64,000 bases of DNA from an uncultured Gammaproteobacteria bacterium (GTDB lineage: Bacteria > Patescibacteriota > Microgenomatia > UBA10105 > UBA927), in contig CAZVTT010000001.1 of assembly GCA_964629685.1 (NCBI GenBank), positions 319,796 to 383,795 on the forward strand, read 5' to 3'. The notes under the pieces were generated by a model. The model saw nothing but the letters and a program-made list of their open reading frames with translations, searched no databases and had not been told where the DNA came from. Every line of letters starts with the position of its first letter. The first letter of the stretch is position 1. The translations under genes were made by a program, and so were the position numbers. Below, piece by piece: positions 47,244 to 56,695 of the stretch.

Positions 47244-48707
47244 CTATTGGTTTGTTGTTTGCTCCGTCGGTTGGGTATCAACTGCTTCCTGAGGCTGTTC
47301 CGGTAAAGGGGCGGTCAATGTTAATTCCAGTACTGCGATGCTTTGAGCTGGCATGAATACTTCACGGGTAAATGTATCTCCCGAAATGGTTTCAGTGAAC
47401 TTAGCATCTCTCCCCAGCATAAATTTTTCACGATAGGTGTAAATTCCGGGCTCAAGGTTATTTATCGTCACAGGAACGTTTTCTGAGTGAGTTCCGGCTC
47501 TGTCGAAATTAACCAACATGATTCTAAGGGTATTGTTTCTGGTACTGGCAAAGCCGGTTACCCAGCTCCCTTCACCGTCAAGCTGAAGCCTTGTTCCCGT
47601 CATGGCATCTAAGAATGAGTAAACATAGTATCGTGGTTTTGGCTTTTTACCTTTAGATTCGTGACCCAATAGTCCCCACCCATCTTCCTGGCCCGGTCCG
47701 TCCTTAATTTGGAAGCTAAGTAAATACGTTGGTCCTCCCGAAATCAATTGTCTGACAGTGGCAGCGGTATGGGCTGCGGCGTACATCGTTCCGTAACGCT
47801 TATCCTTCGCGCCGGTGAAGCCAAATTCCGAAATTATCTTCGGAATAAGTGTGTAGCGTGGATAGGTGATGAGCCAGGATGCCAAGTTTTGTTGGTCAAT
47901 GTTAAATTGCGCAGGATCCTGCAGGTAAGAATGCCAAGAAAGGAAATCCAGTCGGTTCCCGCTTGTAACTAATGCTAATACCCAGTTTTTGTAGAGACCG
48001 GTAGTTGATGGACCTCCCAGTAAGAATGGGTTTACACCCTTTGCACGAGACGCTCCTAACGCGGCGTATTTATATAATGTTAAATAGTTTTTTTCGCCAG
48101 AAAGCTTCCATTTCCCGAATTGTTCAAGGTCTGGCTCGTTCCATACTTCATAGTAAATACCGTTTAAATTTTTCCCCGTTCGTCCACTGTAGTGTTCTAT
48201 CGTTCGCTGTACTACGAGTGACCATTCGTCCCAATTATTGGGTGGGTTTATGATTGAGCCGTCTTTGGCGATCACGGAAGGCATGTACGATAGTGCTAAT
48301 ATAGGTTTAGCTCCGGTAGCTAAAATGGAATTTACTGCCTGATCAAGTTGAGTAAAATCAAATGTTAAGTCATTACCGGAACGGCCTACAACATTATAAT
48401 GGTCATAGAGGTGGTCCAGTCTGATAAGTAGTGGTTTAAGGGCTTTGGTTTCACCTATTACCGGTGAGATCATATCTGCTGACTCTTCTCCTCCTTGTGC
48501 GAAAGCGTGGTAGAAGTCAGTTTTAATCGGTTCCAATACTGCTTTTGCGTCAACAATAATATTTGCCTTTGTTCCTGCCGCTCTGGCGGCAATATCAAAT
48601 GCGTTATAAACTCCCAGTAAAAAGAGTGGCAAGAATGTGAAAATAGCGACCAGGGAGACAACGGAAGTAAATCGTGAAGATGAGTCTCGTTCAAGAAAAT
48701 TGGTCAT
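47244..48707 (-). CDS. Membrane-anchored clan GH-A glycoside hydrolase (GH39-like)
   Basis: YYEVWNEPD (acid/base), GGP, DFLSWHSY, ISEFG (nucleophile); N-terminal TM followed by DIAARAA. Confidence 0.82.
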   Translation of the reverse strand: MTNFLERDSSSRFTSVVSLVAIFTFLPLFLLGVYNAFDIAARAAGTKANIIVDAKAVLEPIKTDFYHAFAQGGEESADMISPVIGETKALKPLLIRLDHLYDHYNVVGRSGNDLTFDFTQLDQAVNSILATGAKPILALSYMPSVIAKDGSIINPPNNWDEWSLVVQRTIEHYSGRTGKNLNGIYYEVWNEPDLEQFGKWKLSGEKNYLTLYKYAALGASRAKGVNPFLLGGPSTTGLYKNWVLALVTSGNRLDFLSWHSYLQDPAQFNIDQQNLASWLITYPRYTLIPKIISEFGFTGAKDKRYGTMYAAAHTAATVRQLISGGPTYLLSFQIKDGPGQEDGWGLLGHESKGKKPKPRYYVYSFLDAMTGTRLQLDGEGSWVTGFASTRNNTLRIMLVNFDRAGTHSENVPVTINNLEPGIYTYREKFMLGRDAKFTETISGDTFTREVFMPAQSIAVLELTLTAPLPEQPQEAVDTQPTEQTTNQ

Positions 48708-48710
48708 ACA

Positions 48711-49739
48711 TCAGTGCAGTACGATCGGGATACTTATTCCGGCAATCAACAGTATACTGGCAAGTGCAATCAAGAGATAGGTATTGTCCATAATGCCGGT
48801 AACAGGTACAGCACTGGAGGTTGATGTGGATGTGCTGCTTTGAATAATAAATGTGGTACTTGTTGTTTGGCTGGCTCCTGTCGTTGTATCTGTTGCCGTT
48901 ACTACTAACTGATGTGATCCGGTTGTTAGGGCAGTCTGCGGTGTGAAACTCCAGTTTCCGCTGCTGTCTGTCGTAGTCGTTCCCGTTTGCGGAGCAGAGT
49001 AAATTGTTACGGTAATTGTGGCACTCGGTGTGGCTTTTCCCTGAAACGTAGGACGGGTAGTAGTTAAGATACTATCTTTGGTAGGATAGGTTATAAGTAA
49101 TGCCGAACCGGAAGCCGTACCTGTTGGCGTGGGGGTTGGCGTAAGCGTAATTGTTCCGGAAGGATTGGGAGTAGTGGTGGGGGTAGGTGTTCCGGTTCCA
49201 CCTGCTCCTGTGCCTTCGGTGATAGTAACGGTAGCGCCATTTTGACCGCTTAGGGCGTTCGTTGTACCTTCACCAGGACTTCCTACAAACGTGTTCGATG
49301 CGAATCTAATTGAAATCGGTGTATCGGTTTTCTGTAATGCTTTGAACTTAACGGTGGCTACAGTACCTGTTCCTTTAACCGGTTGGGCAGCGCTTGCAGC
49401 ACCTACCGTGATGGATGCGACGCCTTTATCAACAACTCCGGATGCCAGGATGTTGGGGAAAAGCGTCCCATTGGTAATTGTTTCCGCTTCCAGTTTTGTT
49501 TGATCAAACGTGAGATGGATTTCTGCCGCTATGACTTGGTTGTCGCCAGTATCAATTGTGACATCAAATGAAAATTCATCGCCTATTTTTTTAGTGATTT
49601 TTGAAGGAGTAATGGAGAGCACTGTTGCCGGTGCAGCACGTTTCCGCAGTTCGGTATTTCGTTGAACCAGCAATACCGTAGCAGGTATAGCTATTACGAC
49701 TAAAAGAATACTTATGAGCAGGAATAATTTCTTCATCAC
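48711..49739 (-). CDS. Surface protein with cohesin-like and bacterial Ig-like domains
   Basis: TM+ELRKRAA; GDEF..DV.IDT....AAEIHLTFD..KLE...GTVATVKFKA (cohesin-like); TP linker; PTFQGKA...GNWSFTP...L..GSH; VPVTG plus TM. Confidence 0.83.
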   Translation of the reverse strand: MMKKLFLLISILLVVIAIPATVLLVQRNTELRKRAAPATVLSITPSKITKKIGDEFSFDVTIDTGDNQVIAAEIHLTFDQTKLEAETITNGTLFPNILASGVVDKGVASITVGAASAAQPVKGTGTVATVKFKALQKTDTPISIRFASNTFVGSPGEGTTNALSGQNGATVTITEGTGAGGTGTPTPTTTPNPSGTITLTPTPTPTGTASGSALLITYPTKDSILTTTRPTFQGKATPSATITVTIYSAPQTGTTTTDSSGNWSFTPQTALTTGSHQLVVTATDTTTGASQTTSTTFIIQSSTSTSTSSAVPVTGIMDNTYLLIALASILLIAGISIPIVLH

Positions 49740-49796
49740 TATCTATTATGGATAAATACTATCCCGATGACAAGAATATAAATAGAAATGTTACTC

Positions 49797-49833
49797 TTGA
49801 CAGCAGTTAGCACTCATTATATATTACTGCTAA
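49797..49833 (+). promoter_or_regulatory. hrcA operon promoter overlapped by a CIRCE operator
   Basis: TTGACA 49797-49802, 17 nt, TATATT 49820-49825; TTAGCACTC-N9-TACTGCTAA at 49807-49833 (2 mismatches to consensus). Confidence 0.9.
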
Positions 49834-49845
49834 ATATAAATTACT

Positions 49846-50580
49846 ATGATTGACGTTGCAAATCTTACACCCAGACAAATTCAAATCTTGAAAGCAATTG
49901 TTGATGAATATATCAAGACTGCTGAGCCCGTGGGTTCCGAAACCCTTGAGAAGAAGTATAGCTTAAGTGTTTCTCCTGCGACTATTAGGAATGAAATGGT
50001 GCGCTTAACGGAAATGAAATTATTAAATCAACCTCACGCATCGGCTGGAAGAACGCCGACTCCCGATGCCCTTAAGTACTATGTTGATAATCTTATGAAG
50101 CCGAAAGATATGTCTGTAGCGGAAGAAGTAGCCGTAAAAGAAAAAGTGTGGGATTATCGGCAAAAGGCGGATAAATTATTTCGGGAAGCAACACGGATGC
50201 TGGCGGAAAAAACTCATACATTGGCAATTACCGCTACCAATGATGGTGATTTATATTACTCTGGTGCTGCAAATATATTAGAAATGCCTGAATTTTACGA
50301 TTTTGATCTGACACACAACGTATTAGCAGCGTTAGACAGGTCTGATTATTGGTGGGATTTATTAGAAAATCAGGCAGATCCGTTTGCAATTCTACTTGGC
50401 GACCAGATGGGTTCACAGTCCGTGCTTACACAATGTGGTTTTATTTATAGTAAATTTAGTTCACCGAGAATTTCTGGAGCCATTGGCGTAATTGGTCCGA
50501 CCCGATTGAATTATCCTTATATAATCCCGATTGTCAGATACATGGGTAATTTAATAAGTGAGTTTGCACATACATGGTAA
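49846..50580 (+). CDS. hrcA: Heat-inducible transcription repressor HrcA (short form)
   Basis: RQ..ILKAIVDEYI.TAEPVGS, SPATIRNEM, QPHASAGRTPT, GVIGPTRLNY. Confidence 0.96.
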   Translation: MIDVANLTPRQIQILKAIVDEYIKTAEPVGSETLEKKYSLSVSPATIRNEMVRLTEMKLLNQPHASAGRTPTPDALKYYVDNLMKPKDMSVAEEVAVKEKVWDYRQKADKLFREATRMLAEKTHTLAITATNDGDLYYSGAANILEMPEFYDFDLTHNVLAALDRSDYWWDLLENQADPFAILLGDQMGSQSVLTQCGFIYSKFSSPRISGAIGVIGPTRLNYPYIIPIVRYMGNLISEFAHTW

Positions 50581-50589
50581 TAAGCATTT

Positions 50590-51096
50590 ATGAAAAAACA
50601 GGACTTTGTAAATCCCGATGCTCATCTGGATGGAGAACAAGATCAATCGACGGAAAAAACCAAGAGCATGGTTCAGGAACAGGAAAAGCAGGTCGAGGAG
50701 TGGAAGCAGAAATATTTTAGAGCCTTAGCCGATTATCAAAATCTGGAAAGGCGCGTGCAAGCCGAAAAAACTGAGATTCGTAATTTTGCTGCACAAGTAC
50801 TGATTGAACGATTGTTACCGGTAGTAGATACATTTGAGCGTGCTCAAACACATCTTCACGATTCCGGTTTAGCGTTAGCGCTAAAACAATTCAATGGTGT
50901 GTTAACTGAGAGAGGTTTGGAGCGTATACAGACCATCGGTTTGGATTTTAATCCTCACGAGATGGAATGTGTAGACGTTGTTCCCGGAGAGGATAACGTG
51001 GTGGTAGAGGAATTTACACCAGGTTATCGGTTGAACGGAAAAGTAATCCGAGCTGCTCAGGTAAAAGTCGGGAAATCAGTGAAATCAACTACATAA
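50590..51096 (+). CDS. grpE: Nucleotide exchange factor GrpE
   Basis: RALADYQNL.RR, LLPVVD.FERA, FNP...E, GY.L..KVIRAAQVKV. Confidence 0.96.
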   Translation: MKKQDFVNPDAHLDGEQDQSTEKTKSMVQEQEKQVEEWKQKYFRALADYQNLERRVQAEKTEIRNFAAQVLIERLLPVVDTFERAQTHLHDSGLALALKQFNGVLTERGLERIQTIGLDFNPHEMECVDVVPGEDNVVVEEFTPGYRLNGKVIRAAQVKVGKSVKSTT

Positions 51097-51111
51097 TTAA
51101 AAGGAGGAACT

Positions 51112-53019
51112 ATGGCAAAGATTATAGGTATAGATTTAGGAACAACGAATTCTTGCGTAGCCGTTATGGAGGGTGGTGCTCCTAAGGTTATTCATTCAGC
51201 AGAAGGTCGCAATGTTATCCCCTCTGTTGTAGATCCCATAAAAAATATTGTAGGTGATGTGGCCAAACGTCAGATGGTTATTAATCCAAAATCTACTATT
51301 TTTTCGGTTAAACGCTTAATGGGTCGGAAAGCCAGCGATCCCTCCGTTGAACGGGATTTAAAGTGGCTACCATACACAGTTAAAGCCGGAAAAAATGATA
51401 TGGCAGTTGTGGAAGTGGAAGGCCGTCAATTTACGCCTCAAGAAATTTCCGCAAAAGTATTGACAAAAATTAAGGCAGATGCTGAGAATTATTTAGGTGA
51501 ACCAGTAAAACAGGCAGTTATAACTGTGCCGGCATACTTTGACGACAGTCAACGGCAGGCAACCAAACAGGCTGGAGAGATTGCTGGGTTGGAGGTACTG
51601 CGGATTATTAATGAACCTACTGCTGCTGCACTATCTTATGGACTGGATAAGAAAAATGCTCACACTATAGCCGTTTATGACCTGGGTGGTGGAACATTCG
51701 ATATTTCCATTCTCGAGTTGGGTGATGGCGTATACGAGGTTAAATCAACGAATGGAGATACTCACCTTGGCGGTGATGATTTTGATAAATCATTGGTAGA
51801 TTATTTAGCGGATGAGTTTAAAAAAGAGCATTCGGTAGATCTCAGGAAAGACCCACAAGCGCTTCAACGGCTTCGTGATGCAGCAGAAAAGGCTAAAATT
51901 GAACTATCTTCCTCCATGGAGGCAGAGGTTAATTTACCGTTTATTACGCAAGGGAAAGATGGACCGTTACATTTGGTCATGAAGATTACCCGAGCGAAGT
52001 TTGAAGGGATAGTCGATGAGTTGATTCAAAAAACCATCGAACCGGTTAAGAAATGCCTTAAAGATGCGGGTATTACTGCAAAAGAAGTGGATGAAGTGGT
52101 AATGGTCGGTGGTATGACGCGCATGCCGAAAGTAACCGAAGTCGTTAAGAATTTTTTTGGGAAGGATCCGAATAAATCCGTAAACCCTGACGAAGTTGTC
52201 GCTGTCGGCGCTGCAGTTCAGGGAGGAGTACTGGCAGGAGATGTTAAGGATGTCGTTTTGTTAGATGTTACACCGCTTACTTTAGGTGTCGAAACTTTGG
52301 GTTCTGTCTCTACGCCACTTATACCAAGGAATACGACAATTCCGACCAGTAAAAGTGAAGTGTTTTCAACGGCTGCCGATAGTCAAACGTCCGTGGAAAT
52401 ACATGTGTTACAGGGAGAACGGCCGATGGCGTCAGATAATAAGTCTTTAGGGAGGTTTGTATTGTCGGGAATTCCGCCGGCTCCCCGTGGAGTCCCACAA
52501 ATTGAGGTAACTTTCGATATAGATGCGTCTGGGATTCTGAATGTTACTGCTAAGGATAAGGCTAGCGGGAAGGCTGCGAACATTAAAATAACCGGCTCCA
52601 CCGGTTTATCAAAGGACGAAATAGAAAAAATGCGGAAAGAGGCAGAAGAAAATGCTGCCGCTGATTCCGAGAAGAAAGAACGGATTGAAGTAAGAAACAA
52701 AGCAGACAACATGCTGTATGTAGCCGAAAAAACGTTGAAGGACGCCGGTGAAAAGGTAAAACCTGAAGATAAATCATCCGTTGAGGAGAAAATAAAAGCA
52801 TTAAAAGATATTCTGGAGTCAGGTTCAAAAACCGATTTAGAAGCGAAAACCAATGAGTTATCAGATGCAGTTCAGAAGGTTGGAGCCGGTATGTATCAGC
52901 AAGATGCATCGAATCAGACACCAAATGCAGACCCTCAATCTGCAGACACTAAAGAAACGGATTCAACCGAAGACAAAAAAGATGATAAGAAGGTGGAAGA
53001 AGGGGAAGTTGTAAGTTAA
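51112..53019 (+). CDS. dnaK: Chaperone DnaK
   Basis: [33 protein letters not shown]. Confidence 0.99.
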   Translation: MAKIIGIDLGTTNSCVAVMEGGAPKVIHSAEGRNVIPSVVDPIKNIVGDVAKRQMVINPKSTIFSVKRLMGRKASDPSVERDLKWLPYTVKAGKNDMAVVEVEGRQFTPQEISAKVLTKIKADAENYLGEPVKQAVITVPAYFDDSQRQATKQAGEIAGLEVLRIINEPTAAALSYGLDKKNAHTIAVYDLGGGTFDISILELGDGVYEVKSTNGDTHLGGDDFDKSLVDYLADEFKKEHSVDLRKDPQALQRLRDAAEKAKIELSSSMEAEVNLPFITQGKDGPLHLVMKITRAKFEGIVDELIQKTIEPVKKCLKDAGITAKEVDEVVMVGGMTRMPKVTEVVKNFFGKDPNKSVNPDEVVAVGAAVQGGVLAGDVKDVVLLDVTPLTLGVETLGSVSTPLIPRNTTIPTSKSEVFSTAADSQTSVEIHVLQGERPMASDNKSLGRFVLSGIPPAPRGVPQIEVTFDIDASGILNVTAKDKASGKAANIKITGSTGLSKDEIEKMRKEAEENAAADSEKKERIEVRNKADNMLYVAEKTLKDAGEKVKPEDKSSVEEKIKALKDILESGSKTDLEAKTNELSDAVQKVGAGMYQQDASNQTPNADPQSADTKETDSTEDKKDDKKVEEGEVVS

Positions 53020-53042
53020 TTCCCCCGCTAAGTTTAATGCAG

Positions 53043-53067
53043 GAAGCGGCCCATTAGGGCCGTTTTC
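53043..53067 (+). terminator. Hairpin between dnaK and dnaJ
   Basis: GAAGCGGCCC-atta-GGGCCGTTTTC. Confidence 0.65.
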
Positions 53068-53078
53068 TCAGTATAGTT

Positions 53079-53963
53079 ATGGCTGAAAAACGTGATTTCT
53101 ATGAAGTTTTAGGTGTCTCTAAGACTGCCAGTGCAGAAGAATTAAAAAAGGCTTATCGGAAGCTGGCTTTGGAATGGCATCCTGACAGAAACAAGTCTGA
53201 AGAGGCTTCAGGAAAGTTTAAAGAAATTAATGAAGCATACGAAGTGTTGTCTGACACGAATAAAAGAGCTGCTTATGACCAGTTTGGTCATACCGCTTTT
53301 CAAAATGGAGCCGGGGGAGGTAATCAGGGTCCATTTGGTAATGCATATAGACAGGGACCTTTTTCGTATTCATACTACGGCGGAAATCAGGGGCAGAATC
53401 CTTTCGATAGCTTTGATTTTTCGGATCCCTTTGATATTTTTGAACAGTTTTTCGGAGGCGGATTTAATAGAAATCAGCGAGCACGACGTCAACTTTATCA
53501 AATTTCAATTGATTTTCAGGAAGCGGTTAAAGGTACGACCAAAGAGATTCATTTACCAAAAGGACAGGCAGGTGAAGGCAGTGTCGTAAAAACAATTCGT
53601 ATTCCTGCCGGAGTAGACACAGGCTCACGGATTCGTTTCGAGGATTTTGAGATTGTGCTGGAAGTGCGTCCTGATGACCGTTTTAAGCGTGAAGGTGACG
53701 ATTTAATTCTGGATCAGGAAATTACGTTTTCCCAGGCAGCATTGGGGACAGTGTTGGAAGTACCTACTGTCGAAGGTTCAGTGAGCATCCGTGTCCAGCC
53801 GGGAACACAGCCTGGGACAATGATCAGACTTAAAGGAAAAGGTGTAGCCCACGTTCGCGGAGGTGGAAAGGGTGATGAATACGTGCGTATATTGATTAAA
53901 ATTCCCACAAAACTTAACAGAAGACAAAAAGAGCTTCTGGAAGAACTGCAATCGTTGCAATAA
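53079..53963 (+). CDS. dnaJ: DnaJ chaperone lacking the zinc-finger domain
   Basis: J domain with HPD, G/F-rich region, C-terminal domains; no CxxCxGxG repeats. Confidence 0.93.
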   Translation: MAEKRDFYEVLGVSKTASAEELKKAYRKLALEWHPDRNKSEEASGKFKEINEAYEVLSDTNKRAAYDQFGHTAFQNGAGGGNQGPFGNAYRQGPFSYSYYGGNQGQNPFDSFDFSDPFDIFEQFFGGGFNRNQRARRQLYQISIDFQEAVKGTTKEIHLPKGQAGEGSVVKTIRIPAGVDTGSRIRFEDFEIVLEVRPDDRFKREGDDLILDQEITFSQAALGTVLEVPTVEGSVSIRVQPGTQPGTMIRLKGKGVAHVRGGGKGDEYVRILIKIPTKLNRRQKELLEELQSLQ

Positions 53964-53977
53964 CTGTGCGGGTTAGA

Positions 53978-54053
53978 TTGACTGATCTTAAATTCGTGCT
54001 ATACTATGGAAGGTGTTTTGGAGAGGAGAGGTGGGTAAGTGCCCGCCTTTTTT
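53978..54053 (+). promoter_or_regulatory. nusA promoter and leader terminator-like hairpin
   Basis: TTGACT 53978-53983, TGcTATACT ending 54005; AGGTGGG-taagtg-CCCGCCT followed by a T run at 54029-54053. Confidence 0.75.
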
Positions 54054-54059
54054 AATACT

Positions 54060-55121
54060 ATGCCAGCAATTGTACGAAGTGAATTTTCATTAGCATTAAA
54101 TCAAGTAGCCACGGAGCGGGGTATTGATCCCAATGTGGTTATGGAAACAATTAAAGCTGCCATTGTGGCTGCATATCGGAAAGATTATGGTGCAGATGAG
54201 ATCGAAACAATTACTGTTGATTTGAACCCGGATACCGGTGAAGCGCGTCTATTAAGGGATAATAAAGATATTACCCCTCCGGGTTTTGGACGTATCGCAG
54301 CTCAAACAGCCAAGCAAGTAATTCTTCAACGTATCAGAGAAGCTGAGAAACAGGCAGTCTTAGCAGATTATCAGACAAAGGTAGGAAATATTATTTCGGG
54401 TATGGTTTTGAGATTTGACGGTCCCAATATTGTTATAGATATTGGGCGAGCTCAGGCTGTAATGCCTACTCAGGAGCAGAGTGCGGGAGAACGGTATCAT
54501 CTGAATCAGCGTTTGACGTTCTATATAGAAGGTATTCGTGAAACGATGCGTGGCAGTGAAATAATCGTTTCCCGAGCTCATAAGGGTTTAGTTGAAGGGT
54601 TATTTCGTCGGGAAGTTCCCGAGGTAGCTCAGGGAGCAGTAGAACTTAGAATAGTAGCCCGTGAAGCAGGTGGTAGAACTAAAGTGGCCGTTTATTCAAA
54701 CCAATCTGGGGTTGATCCGGTTGGCTCTTGTGTCGGGCAAAAAGGAGTTCGGGTTCAAGCAGTCATTAATGAATTAGGTGGAAGCGAAAAAGTAGATATT
54801 ATTCAGTGGAGTGATGACCAGCGTCAATTTATTATGGCGGCTTTAGCACCTGCAAAAGATGTTGAAGTAACTCTTGATGAAGAGCGGAAGACAGCAGAAG
54901 TACTGGTGCCAGATGATCAACTGTCTCTTGCAATCGGTAGAGACGGTCAAAACGTTCGCTTAGCTGCAAAACTTACCGGATGGAAAATTGATATTCGAGG
55001 TAAAGGTCAACCAGTAGCTTCGGAACAACCGGCAGAATCACTAGAAGTAAAAGCAGAAGTTTCAAGTACGGAAGTATCAGAGCAACCGGTGTCTGAGCCA
55101 GAGCCTAAGGTTAAAGAATAG
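54060..55121 (+). CDS. nusA: Transcription elongation factor NusA
   Basis: FGRIAAQTAKQV, S1 and KH domains, DPVGSCVGQKG, LSLAIGRDGQNVRLAAKLTGWKIDI; start ATG 54060. Confidence 0.97.
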   Translation: MPAIVRSEFSLALNQVATERGIDPNVVMETIKAAIVAAYRKDYGADEIETITVDLNPDTGEARLLRDNKDITPPGFGRIAAQTAKQVILQRIREAEKQAVLADYQTKVGNIISGMVLRFDGPNIVIDIGRAQAVMPTQEQSAGERYHLNQRLTFYIEGIRETMRGSEIIVSRAHKGLVEGLFRREVPEVAQGAVELRIVAREAGGRTKVAVYSNQSGVDPVGSCVGQKGVRVQAVINELGGSEKVDIIQWSDDQRQFIMAALAPAKDVEVTLDEERKTAEVLVPDDQLSLAIGRDGQNVRLAAKLTGWKIDIRGKGQPVASEQPAESLEVKAEVSSTEVSEQPVSEPEPKVKE

Positions 55122-55151
55122 GTATGAGACAGGCAGTTGCCCAAGAATTAT

Positions 55152-56645
55152 ATGACCAAAGCTACAACACAACAGATTTCTACTGTGCGTCCGCCCATTG
55201 TTGCCGTGCTTGGTCATGTGGATCACGGAAAAACTTCCTTGCTTGATAGTATCCGTAAGTCTGCAGTTGCCGCCCGGGAACACGGGGGAATTACCCAGCA
55301 TATAGGTGCGTATCAAATATCATTTACTCCAAAACAGGCTAAAAAAACAGCTCAGCTTATTACGTTTATAGATACTCCCGGACATGAAGCATTTATAAAG
55401 ATGCGGTCCCGAGGTGCTCAGGTTGCTGATATCGCCATTTTAGTAGTAGCTGCGGATGATAGTGTTATGCCGCAAACTAAAGAGTCCATAGAGCAGATTC
55501 GCAAGGCAGGAATTCCGCTCATAGTAGCGCTAAATAAAGTTGACCTTCCAACTGCGAACCCTCAAAAAGTAAAACAGGATTTGGCCAAAGTCGGTATTCA
55601 AGTCGAAGGGTTCGGCGGTGACACACCTATAGTAGCCGTATCTGCTAAAAATGGTACGGGTATTTCAGACCTGCTAGATATGATTCTGCTTGTGTGGGAA
55701 ATGAATGAAAAACCGGTATCTACCCAAACGGCTATTAGTGCTCCCGTTATTGAAACGCGATTAGATAAAGGTAAAGGCATGGTAGCTACCGTGGTTGTCC
55801 ATACTGGTACCATTAAAAACGGAACTTTGTTATTTGAAGGTGTGACGCAGGTAGCAAAGGTACGGGCGATGTTCGATGAATATGGAAAAATGGTAAAGGA
55901 AGCATTACCCAGTAGACCGGTGGAAATATTGGGTTTTACCAGGTTACCCGAGGTAGGTACCGTACTCCGGGATACACAGGTCGAACCTGAAGTAAAGATT
56001 TCGTTAAGTGCTCAGATAAGTAAGGAACCTTGGATTCCGGATTTTCTTAAACCCGTTTCCGAACAAGAAAAGCCAAAATTGTCAGTTATGCTTAAAGCAG
56101 ATACCGCAGGTTCACTGGAAGCGATTACAGAATCACTTGATGAACGGATAAATGTCGTTTCCCAGGGAGTTGGGGACATTACGGAAGCGGATATCCTTGA
56201 GGCAAAGGCCCACCATGCGTTCGTGATCGGATTTAATATCAGTGTGAAGCCTACAGTCGAAAAATTGGCTCAGGCTGAAAAAGTCATATTCCGTACATAC
56301 ACAATAATTTACGAGCTATTGGAAGAAATGGCAGAGGTTGTGGCGGGAATGAAAGAAGTGATTACGCATGAGCGTGAACTGGGACAGGGACGAATTGTGG
56401 CGGAGTTTCCGTTTGATAAACAACGCGTTGCCGGAACAAAAGTTACTGTAGGACGGATTGCCAGGGGCGATCAGGTGAGAATTATGCGAGGCGAAACGGA
56501 AATAGGTCGTGCAAAAGTTAAAACTATTCGCCATGGCCGGGAGGAAGTCACCAAAATTGAAATGGGTGGTGAATGCGGTATTCTCTTTGATCGTAAGGTT
56601 GATTTTCAGCTAGATGATGATATAATTGCCTTCACACTCTCATAA
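55152..56645 (+). CDS. infB: Translation initiation factor IF-2 (no N-terminal domain)
   Basis: RPPIVAVLGHVDHGKT, GGITQHIGAY, DTPGHEAF, NKVD, GECGI. Confidence 0.97.
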   Translation: MTKATTQQISTVRPPIVAVLGHVDHGKTSLLDSIRKSAVAAREHGGITQHIGAYQISFTPKQAKKTAQLITFIDTPGHEAFIKMRSRGAQVADIAILVVAADDSVMPQTKESIEQIRKAGIPLIVALNKVDLPTANPQKVKQDLAKVGIQVEGFGGDTPIVAVSAKNGTGISDLLDMILLVWEMNEKPVSTQTAISAPVIETRLDKGKGMVATVVVHTGTIKNGTLLFEGVTQVAKVRAMFDEYGKMVKEALPSRPVEILGFTRLPEVGTVLRDTQVEPEVKISLSAQISKEPWIPDFLKPVSEQEKPKLSVMLKADTAGSLEAITESLDERINVVSQGVGDITEADILEAKAHHAFVIGFNISVKPTVEKLAQAEKVIFRTYTIIYELLEEMAEVVAGMKEVITHERELGQGRIVAEFPFDKQRVAGTKVTVGRIARGDQVRIMRGETEIGRAKVKTIRHGREEVTKIEMGGECGILFDRKVDFQLDDDIIAFTLS

Positions 56646-56695
56646 TTATAGGATATTGAGTGTTCTACAGACTCACTGCCGGGTGCTGAAATATT

